A stretch of DNA of 64,000 nucleotides, from NCBI GenBank assembly GCA_965153285.1, contig OZ229110.1; one strand, written 5' to 3'. The number at the start of each line of letters is the position of its first letter. Position 1 is the stretch's first letter. Origin of the DNA: Podarcis tiliguerta (lineage: Eukaryota). The notes beneath the pieces are model-generated. The model was given only the letters and a program-made list of their open reading frames with translations. It did no database searches and had not been told where the DNA came from. The translations under genes and the position numbers were made by a program. Shown one piece after another: positions 36,255 through 48,839 of the stretch.

Positions 36255-39136
36255 ATTTAATAGTTTGCAGTACTGATAAAATATGGGTCAGGTGTTACTC
36301 TCCATTCAAAAATACAATTCAATCTATAGAGCTACACCCAAGCAACTGAATTTATAGTAGAAATTTTGAATTACTAAATAAAATGTCAGGCTTGGTCTCT
36401 CTAATGTTCTATAAGTGATGGTTTTATCCAACATTGTCTATCAACAGTGTTTAGCCATCAGTTCCAAGTATAGCTGGTGTCTTTCCCCATCTGTTTATGG
36501 CAGCATGGTTGTTGGATACTACCCAGCTGTGATGTGCCTTGCAGTGCTGAACGAAGAAGTAGCATTGCCATGAGCAAAATAGCTGTTCCACTGGAGAAAT
36601 ATCACTTGGTTTAGTAAGCATATGTCACAGCTGTGAGCGGGTTTCTCAAAAAAGGAAAAGGAAAAAGAAGAAGGGGTGAATTTCCTCAGATGGCATCACT
36701 CCTTGTCAGTTAAAACAAGGCCTCCCTTGTCCACCAGAAGTACTCTGGCTCACTCTCACTTGGAATAAGAAATCTTCCTGCAGCGACATCCACCATGGAA
36801 ACAGCAAATGTATTCCAATTCATCCCTCCCATATGATACATGTCAAACATGAAGTGCTGAATTTCAAGTAAAAACAAAGCAAAATCTGTGTTTTGGATGG
36901 AGATGGTATATGAGATAAACACCCCAAAATAAGATAATTCCGGTCACAAAAATTAAGGACAGGTAAGCCTGAATCTTGTGACTTAAGACAATTTCAAGCA
37001 ATAGACTTCATTTCCAAACAAACAGGGAACAGAAACAGCAGGGAAGAGGTTGTCTTCCTTTAATGATTAAATTAAGAGGTGGGGTGGTTTGCAGATAAAA
37101 CAATGAAAAACCATTCCAAATATAAAAAGCAGTGCAAACATTTAAGTTAAAAATCAGTTCCAGTACAGATGCAGATAGGTATAAAGGTTTTTAGGCTGGT
37201 TAACACTAGGTGTTGACAACAACTCTGTTTATTGCTGCTCAGCAGGCACCCAAGAGAGCTGCACAGCAGTAGGGAGCCACCAACAAGGATGAGAGGCCTT
37301 ATTTGATGGAGAAAGCAATACAGAGTGGAATACAAACATGATTAGCATGCTCTCCTTGTGGTCTAGTCTTCTGATTTATGCCAGCCCTTCTAATGGAAAG
37401 AGCTACTGCTTGGGCTGGTTCATTAATGACAGCTGTAAGAATCATACTGCCTTATGCTGCAAAGCTAAGTAAACTGTTAGATGTATGTGAACTCTAAGTT
37501 AGGTGTGGGGAAACTGTGACCTTCTAGATGTTGCTAAACTACAACCCCATCTTTTCTGGTCACTGGCCATGCTTGCTAGGGATGAAAATATGCAGTTCAG
37601 CAACACCTGGTGGGCCAAATGGTCCCCATTCTTGCTCTAAGACAATAAACTCTTAAGAAGCAACTATGCAAAGCAGCCATATTTATATTCTTAATCACGA
37701 GACCAGTAAGCATGTTCAGAATAACTTCATATAGCAGGAGTGTGTAAGGGAACGTTTTTCTTTCTCATTTGATTTTGATCTTCCATTTCTTTCTAGAGTG
37801 ATTATTGATTTTAGGATGTGCACTTGGTCTTTTTCATTCTGTGCTGCAAAGAATACACAGTTTGGGTCCTAGCATTATCTGTTTCCTGAGACGGTTCACA
37901 TCAGGCCGCCATAGCTTAATGCTTGCAGTCTTAATAAGGTGGACTTTTAAATTAAGGGCATTAGGTTGAACATGAATCTCCCATGGGCAAGTTGTTATTA
38001 GAAGAAATGGGATAATATCAGATATCCTTTGTACCGCTCACTTCCTACGAACTAAGCAATTATGAAAATATTGAATCAATATTCTATTACTTAACAGTAT
38101 TATCATGAACTATATTTATATTCTTAATCATAGTTCCTTCAAAAGTGTGGTGATAAGCACTGCAAATGACTTCAGAACAACTTCATATATCTGAATGGCT
38201 TGGAAGGCTTCCAGAACACTGCAATCAGCCACGGCTGCTTGAAGAACTCCCAGTTTATCAGTCTTGCTTATCTGAAGCTCCCTAGGCCAGAATACTAAAT
38301 TTATTTTTATTTCCTTAGGAAGATTTATACAACACTTAGTTTAATAAAACCCTCTAAGCAGTTTGCACAAACTATTTGTTATTAGGGGCTGCCAACCCTG
38401 CTGGCTTCGCTCACCAACGCCCCCTAGCTATCAACCCCTTGGACAACCCCCTCCCCCGCACCAGTCCGACCCACATCCCTTTACACCTCACCCGTCCCAT
38501 TTCTGTTTGGGTAATTTTACGTGTAAGCACAACTATTTGGGAGTAAGTTTATTAAGACCAATGAGATTTGCTTTCTAATGAGGCTAGTAAGAAAAGGGGT
38601 GTAAGGACCTCTTCATATTGCATTTTAAGGTGTAGATTTTAAAAAAACAACTTAGGTGTGCCTCTAAAATGTAAAGAATAATTGTGGAAAAACAAGTGCA
38701 TATACCTGTATTATACTGGTACCAAGAGAAGCCAGGTTGGCTGCAACAACTGCCTCAAGCACACTACAAAGGCTACACTGTGGCAAACACTTGGGTAAGT
38801 TTTTCCAGGCAGTTGTAGTGCAATAATTTATTTGATATTTGCATTGTGTTTATGTTACTATTTATGTTGTTTCAGTAAGATGTATCATATCATACATTTT
38901 TCTGTTAAAGAGGCCTGCCAAGCAAAATGTAAGCCATGATGATATATAAAGTTTCTCATCTCCAGGGTTGGGTTTTCTCCAGGATAAATAAATACTAGAG
39001 GAAGTTCAATAAATACTCAGTAAGTGCAGCATGACATAAGGATAGGCTGACTTCCCTTGAGACTTGGTATCTGCTGATGTACTTTCCAAACAATCGTTTG
39101 AAATTGCTATCATGCAAGTGGCCACATTTTGCACTA

Positions 39137-39361
39137 CAGTGGTACCTTGGGTTAGATACGCTTCAGATTACATACGCTTCAGGTTACAGACTCCGCTAAC
39201 CCAGAAATAGTACCTCGGGTTAAGAACTTTGCTTCAGGATGAGAACAGAAATTGCGTGGTGGCAGCGCAGCAGCAGCAGGAGGCCCCATTAGGTAAAGTG
39301 GTGCTTCAGGTTAAGAACGGACCTCTGGAACGAATTAAGTACGTAACCAGAGGTACTACTG
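39137..39361. mobile_element. Tigger/pogo-like MITE, family A copy 3
   Basis: TA TSD; CAGTGGTACCT…AGGTACTACTG. Confidence 0.9.
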
Positions 39362-40287
39362 TACTTGTTTTCTGGACACTAGTGGCATTAAGCTGACACG
39401 GGTGCTTTTCAGATTTGATTGCATGTTCCAGTTAACCCTTCCCTCTCAGTTCTATTATTTCTCCATTATTTCTCTCACACACATGCAGGCTTTCTGTGAA
39501 TGGCTCCTGAAAAAAATATGAAAGGATTTCCTCCCACTGTGTGACTCCCATGCCTGCTCAGATTGACTCAGGAGGGTGTCAGGAGAACCTCCAGAACAGC
39601 ACATGGGGGTCAGAAAGGGGAGATAATTTCATCTGGCACAGGAATTATCGCTCCATTTGTGCACATGGAACATACATTTACGCCCCCTAAAATACACGTC
39701 TGTGTTTTATGCACATCTTTTCACCAGAAAATCCACCACAAAAATCATAGAAGTGTGTAATCAGGTTGATAGTTGTGTTCCAATCCACATACACTCTAGG
39801 ACTTGTGAATTATATTAGTTCACTTGAAAATATAAGCTGCATGAATTTCTCCTGCCTCCCTACCTCTGCCTCCAAACATATACCTATGAATGCTTTGATA
39901 AAGACCCTCTTTAATTACTTCAGTCAGCTGAGACAGCCAATATAAATACAGAGATTTGCGATAGTCAGACAAGGAAGATCTTTAAAGCATAAATAGTGCA
40001 TACAAAATGACTTATATCCACTCCTTCACCACCTGCATCCTCTGAGTGCACATTCATTTGTGTTGCATAAACTGTGACACAGAACATCTGCCTCTGGGGA
40101 AGAAAATCCCAACCGTGATATATGCCATTCTCTTTAACTATCTGCTCAGTAGGATGAAGTCTGATTATAAAGAGATTAACTAGGCTTAAGCAGACATACG
40201 AAAACAACCATGAGGGATCCAAAAACTTGTTCTCACTAGAGTGTGAAGTAGCCCTATCTGACTAAAGCTGTGTTCTTCTCTCCCCAG

Positions 40288-40381
40288 CATGCAACGGATA
40301 TTCTTTCACACAGGATGCCTCAGAACGTTGTGGGATTGCAAAGCCGAATTATTTCCCTGGTTCTCAGACCTGCTCTTTAAG
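40288..40381 (+). other. Candidate 94-nt internal exon, gene unknown
   Basis: Acceptor TGTTCTTCTCTCCCCAG| with a CTGAC branch-like motif upstream; donor AAG|GTGAGT. No recognisable protein. Confidence 0.4.
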
Positions 40382-41320
40382 GTGAGTGTTTTACTTTATT
40401 TATTTTGGTTTTATTGCACATACAGTTCAGCCTACTTAAAAGAAACATATGAGACAGACAATGACTTTAAATAGCAGGATATAGTTACCAGATTGTACTC
40501 CTGGTAGTTATTCCAATTGCTATTATCTGAGGGAAAATACTGTGATAATTTAAGTGCAATAAAGTAATTCAAGAGAAGGCAGCACATCCAATACTTTATA
40601 GTGAGCAGAATCATGATGGAGTTTGCGGAGTGAATGTTAATTCAAGCACCTTATTGTACCTCTGGTTTTCGTTAAAAAAAATGATTGTGAGTTAGTTAAG
40701 GAACATGGCAAGCATTATAATAAGGTTTTGACTTACTTATGGAACTGGAATGGGCCAATCCAATGGCATGATTCATTATTAATCAGTGTTTTACATAACC
40801 TAGTTACCTAAAAGCCACATAAATAGTATTATGTTCTTGCCTATAAATTGATCCGTACAGGTTTGTGTGCTACAGTCAATAAGCTACCATCTCTTAATTA
40901 TGGCATAATTCTGGATAAAGAAGAAATCATTATCTGTTTACTATGGACATTGCATACAATCAAGATAGAGATTACTCTCCAACATACAAAAGGAGACCAT
41001 CCAGACAAAAGAAAATATTCTGGTACATACTCAATTCCATTTTGAAACCTATGACATTTTGCAAAATGCACAGGCCACATCCAGTGATGTCTACCCACTT
41101 CTGCATTTGGGCTGCAGGTGGAGTAGATGAAGGAGAAGCCCCATTGTAGCCTGCTTATGCTACACTGTACTTCACGCTGTAACTCTGGCTGGATTGTTTC
41201 CAGAAAATCCATGTTACAGGAGCTTAGCTGCCTCCACACCGTAGAATAGTAAATGGGATATTTGAAAGACATCATGAACAAAGCACACACACCCCTTCTT
41301 ATTTTCCCTATTGCTTATAC

Positions 41321-41438
41321 CAGGCAGAGGCAAACTCAGCCCTCCAGATGTTTGGGGACTACAACTCCCACCATCCCTGACAACTGGTCCTGTTAGCTAG
41401 GGATGATGGGAGTTGTAGTCCCTCTGGAGGGCAGAGTT
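41321..41438. mobile_element. Palindromic hAT MITE, right end lost
   Basis: AACTCAGCCCTCCAGA…GGGACTACAACTCCCA / TGGGAGTTGTAGTCCC…TCTGGAGGGCAGAGTT. Confidence 0.8.
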
Positions 41439-41677
41439 CCGGGTCATGTGGCCAGCATGACTAAGCCGCTTCTGGCAAACCAGAGCAGTGCACGGAAACG
41501 CCGTTTACCACTGGAGCGGTACCTATTTATCTACTTGCACGTTGACGTGCTTTCGAACTGCTAGATTGGCAGGAGCAGGGACCGAGGAACGGGAGCTTAC
41601 TCCGTCACAGGGATTCAAACCGCCGACCTTCTGATTGGCAAGTCCTAGGCTCTGTGGTTTAACCTACAGCGCCACCT
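41437..41677 (-). mobile_element. Sauria SINE lacking its 3' third, fused to a hAT MITE
   Basis: Colinear with other copies from TTCCGGGTCATGTGGCC to ACAGCGCCACC; no tail. Confidence 0.9.
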
Positions 41678-42618
41678 TTCCCCTTTACACGCCTGAGTTA
41701 TCCTTAGACTGAGAGAGAAGACATCTACAGCTGTAGATGCAATATACTTCGAACTAGTCACACATGAGACTGAGGGCTGCTCCGGATGAACTGCTTATTC
41801 AGCATTCATCCTGCTTTGCTTGCACAAAATTTACACAGTGATTAGATGATATCCATACACTCTGATTTGTTTACCGGGCAGTTATATGACAATGAGCATT
41901 CATCTCGCATTCGTCCCAATTTGCTTGAGGGGTATTTACTTGACTTCCTCTCAATCATTCCTGCATCTCATACTTTTCAACGCCTTTCCCCATCACTTTC
42001 CAAACCACAAAACATTTTATTTTATTTTTATTTTGCGTATTTTTAAATAGGCAAACCTAAAGTTCTGGAAGGCACCTGAATCCCATCTCCCAAAATACTG
42101 ACAGACTGGTGATCCCCTGAAAGAGAGGGCTCGCCTTTCACACACTTTAAGAACCTTTATATTAGAAGAGAGTATTTTTGCGATAGCTAGGAAAGCTATC
42201 AAAACTCTGCGAGCAGAAGTGAATCATTTACAAGTATCTTCAAAACCAGGAAGATTCTGAAATTGTAACACCTCAGGTTGTGATCTTAACAGAAACCACA
42301 CATTCTTTAGCTAGCTATAGTTTGAGTAGGAGGCCTCATAAGGTAACCTTGTGCACTGCAGGGAATAGTTGCTGCTGAAAGGCTCTGCCATCTGTGTCAG
42401 TTCTGTGGTAATTCCCTTGCACACCACTTTTAGCAGATGCTACCTTTTGAATAAGATATAAATTGAAGCCCTGACCAGGCGTAATCTCTAGAATCCCCTT
42501 TGGTGTTTGTTGCAGCAGGTATAAGATTATTCTTGCAGTCTGTGCCGTGATAAAAAGAAGTATAATTTGGGCCATCAATATTCACTTCAAACTGCCCCCA
42601 ATTTAAACCTTACATATA

Positions 42619-42844
42619 CAGTGGTACCTCAGGTTAAGAACTTAATTCATTCTAGAGGTCCGTTCTTAACGTGAAACTGTTCTTAACCTGAGGTACCACT
42701 TTAGCTAATGGGGCCTCTCACTGCTGCTGCACTACTGGCATGCGAATTCTGTTCTCATCCTGAGGTAAAGTTCTTAACCCAAGGTACTACTTCCGGGTTA
42801 GCAGAGTCTGCAACCTCTAGTGTCTGTAACCCGAGGTACCACTG
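42619..42844. mobile_element. Tigger/pogo-like MITE, family A copy 4 (inverted)
   Basis: TA TSD; CAGTGGTACCTCAGGTTA…TAACCCGAGGTACCACTG. Confidence 0.9.
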
Positions 42845-43273
42845 TATAGGGCTTCCTTTCATATTTCCCAGTGGACTGTAGTTGCATCACTGATTTTAGA
42901 AGGAAAATTCACCAATACAGTACAGGAGAATCGCCGCAGTAAACTTGCCTCTGCACTTAATCCATTAATAATGTAGTAAGAAGGAACAGTCATATTGTAG
43001 CATTATTAAGGGGAGTGCAACCACTCCCCCACCACTTATAAATTTGTCAGAAATTTCACACAGAGAGAACAGAAAAATGGTCATATTTTGTTGGTGTTAT
43101 ATGTGTGTATGTATAAAGGAGAATTCCTGGATGCCAAGAACAAAGTCTGGGGCAAGTACTATCTGGTAACAGAACCCCAGCATAGATTTAAAGTCACAAA
43201 ATATGCAGCAAAGTGTGGAATTATTGGCTGTTAGATCTTTAAAATATGTGCCCCTCCAAGTGAGTTGCAAAAA

Positions 43274-43594
43274 TGTCCCCTTAAAAGGTTTCCTTGAAAT
43301 TATCCTAGTTCCCTCAGCATGGGAAAAAGACCACGTGTTTGGCAAATAAAAGAATGGTTTACTTACAAACGCTTCAAAGGTCAGGTTCACGTCCTTCGGA
43401 AAAGTTGCACAGGCAGCAGAACTTGGCTTAGTTACAAAGTGGTGAAAGTTCCTAAATTATTGCTGTAAGAACTCAAGAATTGCTGATGAGAGCCAAGCAG
43501 CTCAAACCTCCTCACACAGCTGAGCTTCTCAGGTGGACAGGTGTGCAACAATAAGCTTGATTACCCATTTCCTCTTAAGGTAAGGGGAGTGACA
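43274..43594 (-). mobile_element. Probable solo LTR
   Basis: TGTC…GACA termini; AGTAAA poly(A)-like signal on the minus strand; no matching TSD. Confidence 0.45.
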
Positions 43595-44929
43595 TAGCTA
43601 AGCCTAGCTGAACAGCTTGCTCTATGGTATTAACTCCTTCATGCATTAATTAGATTTAAGCATGTTTGTTATATGAGGCTGCTAATCCCACATTCCCCCC
43701 CCCCCAAATGTGTGTGTAGAGGTGGGTTCAACAGATTCAACAGACCATGCAAAAGGCAGGCTCCTCAACTTGCAGTCAAAGTAGGTCTTTTTCTACCTGG
43801 CCTGGAAGGGCAGGGCCCTGACTGACTCCAGCTGCAGCTGCTAAAGAGGCCAGAGGCCCTCTTAGTTGTGAATTCTGGAAGACCTGCTCCCTGCCTTGCA
43901 GGCCTTTTCCCACAATTTGTAGAAATTGTTCAGTTTTGTTGCGTACTTTTTATGATTTATTTATTGTTTATGACTACTTTTGTTTGTAATTATATAAGAT
44001 GCCTTGAGCATGGTTTTAACTATGCTAAGGTGAAATTCCTATAAAATTATGGATGTATGTATCTATGAGTTTGGGGACTGACACTGCATTCCTGCACGCC
44101 AACGCCATAGAATTAATCTGTGGTACAGAACAACAACAACAACAATTTATTATTTATACCTGACCCAAAAACATGTTGTTCTCTGAAAGGGACTAAGTTG
44201 TTGGTTACTGGGGAGAAATGACACGGTTCTCCTCAGGAGACTTACCGGTAATTCTGTAACAAAGACAGATGCATGGGACTGTATATTGGTCAGTCAAGAG
44301 AACAAGGGAACAGCCAGGGTTATTTAGAAAAGGCTTTGCTACTATAGCAGTGTGATTGCCACTAGCAGCACGCAACTTTGTGCATGTAGACACATACAAT
44401 CATTTTTTGTTTGTCAAGTGGCATCTTTGTGGTTCAACTGCTGATCGTTGAAAGAAATAATTTTGCTGGCGCAGTTAAAACTGAATCACAGTTTGGGGCA
44501 TTTTGCAACAGGCATCAGTGGACAGTGAATCAAATCCTAGGTCCCATAAGCAAACATTCCTGTCATATGGGTAAAATGCCAATAAGGAAGAAAACCCTTC
44601 ACCATACCATCTTACTGATCCCAGAAATATATATATGGATTTCATGTCACCTGCTTCATTGAGTCAGGCAGATTACAGAGCAGCCCAGGTTGAAAATCCT
44701 GTCCTCACCTTCCCCTGCCAATCTATTTGCTATAGCTACACTTCAAACAAAAACAACACAGGCTGCCTCAATTCTAGAATATCATTTCAGAGTAAAATAC
44801 AGGTGACAACCAATGCCACACAGCACACTGTTGGAAGTGTATCTTTGGTGTGAGTGTGTGTGCACCACCCTAGCATTTGGCTTAAAGGCTTGAAAAATAT
44901 CAGAAACATTCTACATTGCAAGGTTATTG

Positions 44930-45067
44930 CAGTGGTGGCCAAACTTGGTCCCCCAGCTGTTTTGGGACTACAACTCCCATCATCCCTAGCTAACAGGACC
45001 ACTGGTCAGGGATGATGGGAATTGTAGTCCCAAAACAGCTGGAGGGCCAAGTTTGGTCACGTATCTG
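44930..45067. mobile_element. Palindromic hAT MITE
   Basis: Near-perfect hairpin of about 60-bp arms: CCAAACTTGG…TTTTGGGACTACAACTCCCATCATCCCT / AGGGATGATGGGAATTGTAGTCCCAAAA…CCAAGTTTGG. Confidence 0.85.
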
Positions 45068-45119
45068 TTGCCAGCACAGCCCTCCAACCTGCAACTGGGC
45101 TCTAACACTAAACTAGATA

Positions 45120-45357
45120 CAGTCATACCTCATGTTACATTTGCTTCAGGTTGTGTTTTCAGGTTGTGTCCCACGGCGACCTGGAAGTACTGGAAAGGGT
45201 TACTTCCGGGTTTCGCCGCATGCACAGACACACAAAATGATGTCACATGCATTCACAGAAGCATCGAGTCGTGACCTGCACAGAGGCGGGTTGCATTCCT
45301 TTCAGGTTGCGAACAGGGCTCTGGAACGGATCCCGTTCACAACCAGAGGTACCACTG
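45120..45357. mobile_element. Tigger/pogo-like MITE, family B
   Basis: TA flanks; CAGTCATACCTC…GAGGTACCACTG; related to 49415-49629 in the opposite orientation. Confidence 0.8.
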
Positions 45358-47000
45358 TATAGCTTCCAGCTGAGAGCCCCATCAAACAAAGCTACCAGCT
45401 GCCATTGCTGAGGCCATAAGAGGGAGAGGAAGGCTCATTCTTGCACCCCTCTAATGTGCCTGGATAGATACCGCTGCAGCTCAGAGCCACTGCTATGTTT
45501 ATGGAGACAACTTGTCTTGCATTTGTATGAATCTAATTTTTTTTTATATATAAGCTGCCTTGTGGTGTGGAGGGTACTTTGCCCTGAAAGGTTGTTTGTA
45601 AGTACTAAGAATGAATGTGATGGATGAAAAATCAAACACACCCACACCCATAGGTTTGTTGTATTCTGCTCTCTCAACCCAACTTTCAATACGAGGATAA
45701 AAGCAGCGGATACCACTGCAGGGTTGTTGTAAGCTGTTCAGGGTCTGATCTTGTATTCAGAGCTGAGCTGCCGTAAGCCAGCACTTTCCAAATCACAGTT
45801 GCTTGAAACCTTCAATGTGGAGAACCCACTGCATCTGCTTCGGAATTTACATTCAAATGGAATATTTTAAAAAACGTTTCGCACTAGATAAGTGAGAAAG
45901 TGCATGGATTCTCTTTGCTGCTATTTGGGGTTGGGGTGCAGATGTTAAACACACTGGTGCCCAATTCTACCTACATTGCATTGCTTCATGGATTTTTTTT
46001 TCAGCTTCTGAGTGTGATCCAGGAAGTGACTTATCTGGGCAATGATACTGTTCTCTCTGCACCCTTTTAATCTCTATGCGCTTCTTCCTGCTTCCTTCTT
46101 TTCCACCTACTTCATTCCATGTGTTGTCAGCCCCCTCCTCAAATCAACATTCTGAATCGTTATGGGGCAGGTTTGCAGGGCTTCCCAACCTAGGCTTCAC
46201 CCATAATTACATTGTATTTCTGAAACCCTTGGGGTTCTCCCCAGTTTCCCCCCACTTCTCTCTTGCGTGTGGGTGCTGCCATTGTAATTGTATATATGAA
46301 GGCACTCTCCTCTAGTCTGGGAAAAATTGAATCACTATTTTATCACAGAAACCTTGCTTCCAAATGTAAGAACCATATCCTCATTTCATCTAAGCGTGCC
46401 AGCTGGATACTCTAGCTATCTATTTTCTGCTTTACAATTTTCAAGAATCACTCCTGAAGCAGGTGAACTTTTCTAAATGTCAGCTGAAGGTCCACTGAAT
46501 CCCCAGTTCACTTTCTTCAAAGCTAATATATGTACATGTTATCTTGACCTGATCTTCTATCTAAATGCATCTTGCCATTTCACAGCAAAGTCTCTTGTTC
46601 TCTATAATTCTCTGCAGCGCCATTGTTTCTAGGTCATCTTCTGTTGTCTGTTGAAAGCTGACCCTTGACTTAGCCAGAAGCCTAGCAGCAGTATAAAATA
46701 AGTATTCCTATAGACTGTGCTCTTTAAAAAGCCACAAACTAAGATGTTCTCTGTGTTCACTGTCAGGTTCTATAATACATATTTGACAAGTACCCTAATT
46801 ATGCAGCCTTCAGAACACTTGCAACCATGTCATTGCGTACCGCCCCATAAAATCCTGTTAAGATTTTATCACCTAAAACAGGGAAAGAGAGGGAAGGGGC
46901 AGGCAGACACTAAAAAATAGATAAAGGCATCCCAGTATTTAACTGATTCATCCACTTTTAGGTCAAGTTTATTTCAATGGGAGAAACTTAAGCAACATAC

Positions 47001-47715
47001 TGTTATAAATTGTGGGTGCTAGATTTCCCTAAATTCCTGGAGAGTTAAACTGGAAATCAGACTCTTAATAGTTGGTCTCAGCTTCCTGTGTTCAGGTGAT
47101 CGCTTGAGCCATTAAAAGAGAACAAAGACAGGGGGATGGGACATAAGCAAAGACAGTGTGCCAGCTGGCAAATGGTGGGAGCTGTACCCTGAGATCTAAA
47201 TCAGCACGGAGTGGAATTTAGGATTGCTGTTGGGGATGATATAGGATGGACAAAAAGTGGCATTCAGTTAAATGCCGCAAGCTACACAGAGTCGGAGCCA
47301 TGGCTGGGGTCTATTTAGATCCAAGGCTACAGCTATGGAAGAAGCAAGATTCTTTTGAAGTGTAATGATGGGAGGCCCTCCATCACTGGCTCAGGTTGTA
47401 TATATGTGTAAATAAACCATGTTTCATAAAGACTCCACAGTCTCCGCTGTGCCTTATTTTCCAAAAGGAAACATAGACCTTGGGTAAAGGTAAAGTACCC
47501 CTGGACCGTTATGTCCAGTCAAACTGGACTATGGCGCTCATCTAGCTTCAGGCCAAGGGAGCTGCCGTTTGTCCACAAACAACTTTCTTGGTCATGTGGG
47601 CAGCATGACTACACCACTTCTGGCGCAATGGGACACCGTGGCGAGTGCCAGAGCACAAGGGTGCTTGGAACCCCTGGAATCTTGCACCGCTCAGAGACTG
47701 GGGTGGCATGCAACA
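47001..47715 (+). mobile_element. Solo LTR (Gypsy/ERV-type)
   Basis: TGTT…AACA termini; 4-bp TSD ATAC (46997-47000 and 47716-47719); AATAAA at 47411-47416. Confidence 0.75.
47483..47656 (-). mobile_element. 5'-truncated older Sauria SINE nested in a solo LTR
   Basis: GGTAAAGGTAAAG tail; GGCGCTCATCT and GGTCATGTGGGCAGCATGACT core motifs. Confidence 0.8.
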
Positions 47716-48394
47716 ATACTTAACTCTCCCACTAGAAGTGACGTTGTGATGGGAAAATGCTTAACTATTTATCCATAGGCTTTCTTGGTGGCTTGAAGTA
47801 TAACATGAGGCTCTTTTATACCAAAATGTCAGTGAAACACAGTGACAACATTAAACCTATCCTCCAATTTCTCACATGCTTTCTGCTTCGAAGTACTTCA
47901 GAATTTTAGTGGAGCACAGGGCTCACTTTACCTTACAATTGTGAGGTAGCCAAGGATGGATAAGTGAGTTGAATCTCTTCGGCTCCCCATACCCTTTAAT
48001 TCAAGAACTGGATTTCAGACTACTATCAGTGCAATGCTATACAGTACATGTCTGTTCAAATGTAAGCTGCTTTACTCCCAGGTGTAGGGTGTGTGTGTGT
48101 AGGATTGCAGCCTGCAGGGTTTTTTGACATGTACTAAAGCTACGGCGCTTACTGCTATATTGCTGTGTTCTCTGAGGACTCTCATCAGCATTTTAACCAG
48201 CTGATAGAAAAGTTCTGCCAAAGAAACCTTTTGCAATCAATATTTCATAGGAAACTCTGAATTCTCATTGAGCTCAAATTGCATATCTCAAACAGCCTGA
48301 GTTTCTGAGAGCACCAGCAAGGCAATCTGTTCTTATTGCTACACAGTGAATATGTCGTTTTATGCATAGTAGTAATTTTGTGCAGAAAGCTTAC

Positions 48395-48419
48395 CTGATG
48401 TCCGAGTTTGTCCCAGGTA
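48395..48419 (-). other. Candidate 25-nt micro-exon, gene unknown
   Basis: Minus-strand acceptor CCTTCTTTTCTTTTTTTTAG|; donor CAG|GTAAGC. Confidence 0.35.
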
Positions 48420-48798
48420 CTAAAAAAAAGAAAAGAAGGTATGGTCACAATATCTTTTTATTCCATCTAAACACCTGAGAAATCTCACCATCCTTTAATA
48501 TAAAACGGAAAGGATACCCAACTACTAGAAAGAAGAACTTTTATAAAAGAAAGAATGTGGAATAGTACGAAAAGAAAGGCATATTCCTTGAGTTAAAAAT
48601 AAATAAATATTTCTGCAAAAGCATGCAATCATATTTGGTCCCTAAAGCAGCTATTTCTTATATGTTCTTTCTCTGTCACTCCTTTCTCTGTGGTAATTCT
48701 CAGTTGGGCTGTCATAGAATAGGATATAGCCCAGTACGATGCTGAAGCAGCCTTTTTTTGAGGGGGGAATTGAATATATTCATAACAGGTTAGGCTTA

Positions 48799-48800
<2 letters not shown>

Positions 48801-48836
<36 letters not shown>
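48801..48836. repeat. (AT)18 microsatellite
   Basis: Direct read. Confidence 0.99.

Positions 48837-48839
<3 letters not shown>

Noticed and set aside
43483-43508. CTGATGA-GAGC-CAAGCA-GCTC-AAAC hammerhead near-match
   Set aside because: Lacks the essential G of GAAA and has no stem III/NUH site; lies in an LTR-like element.
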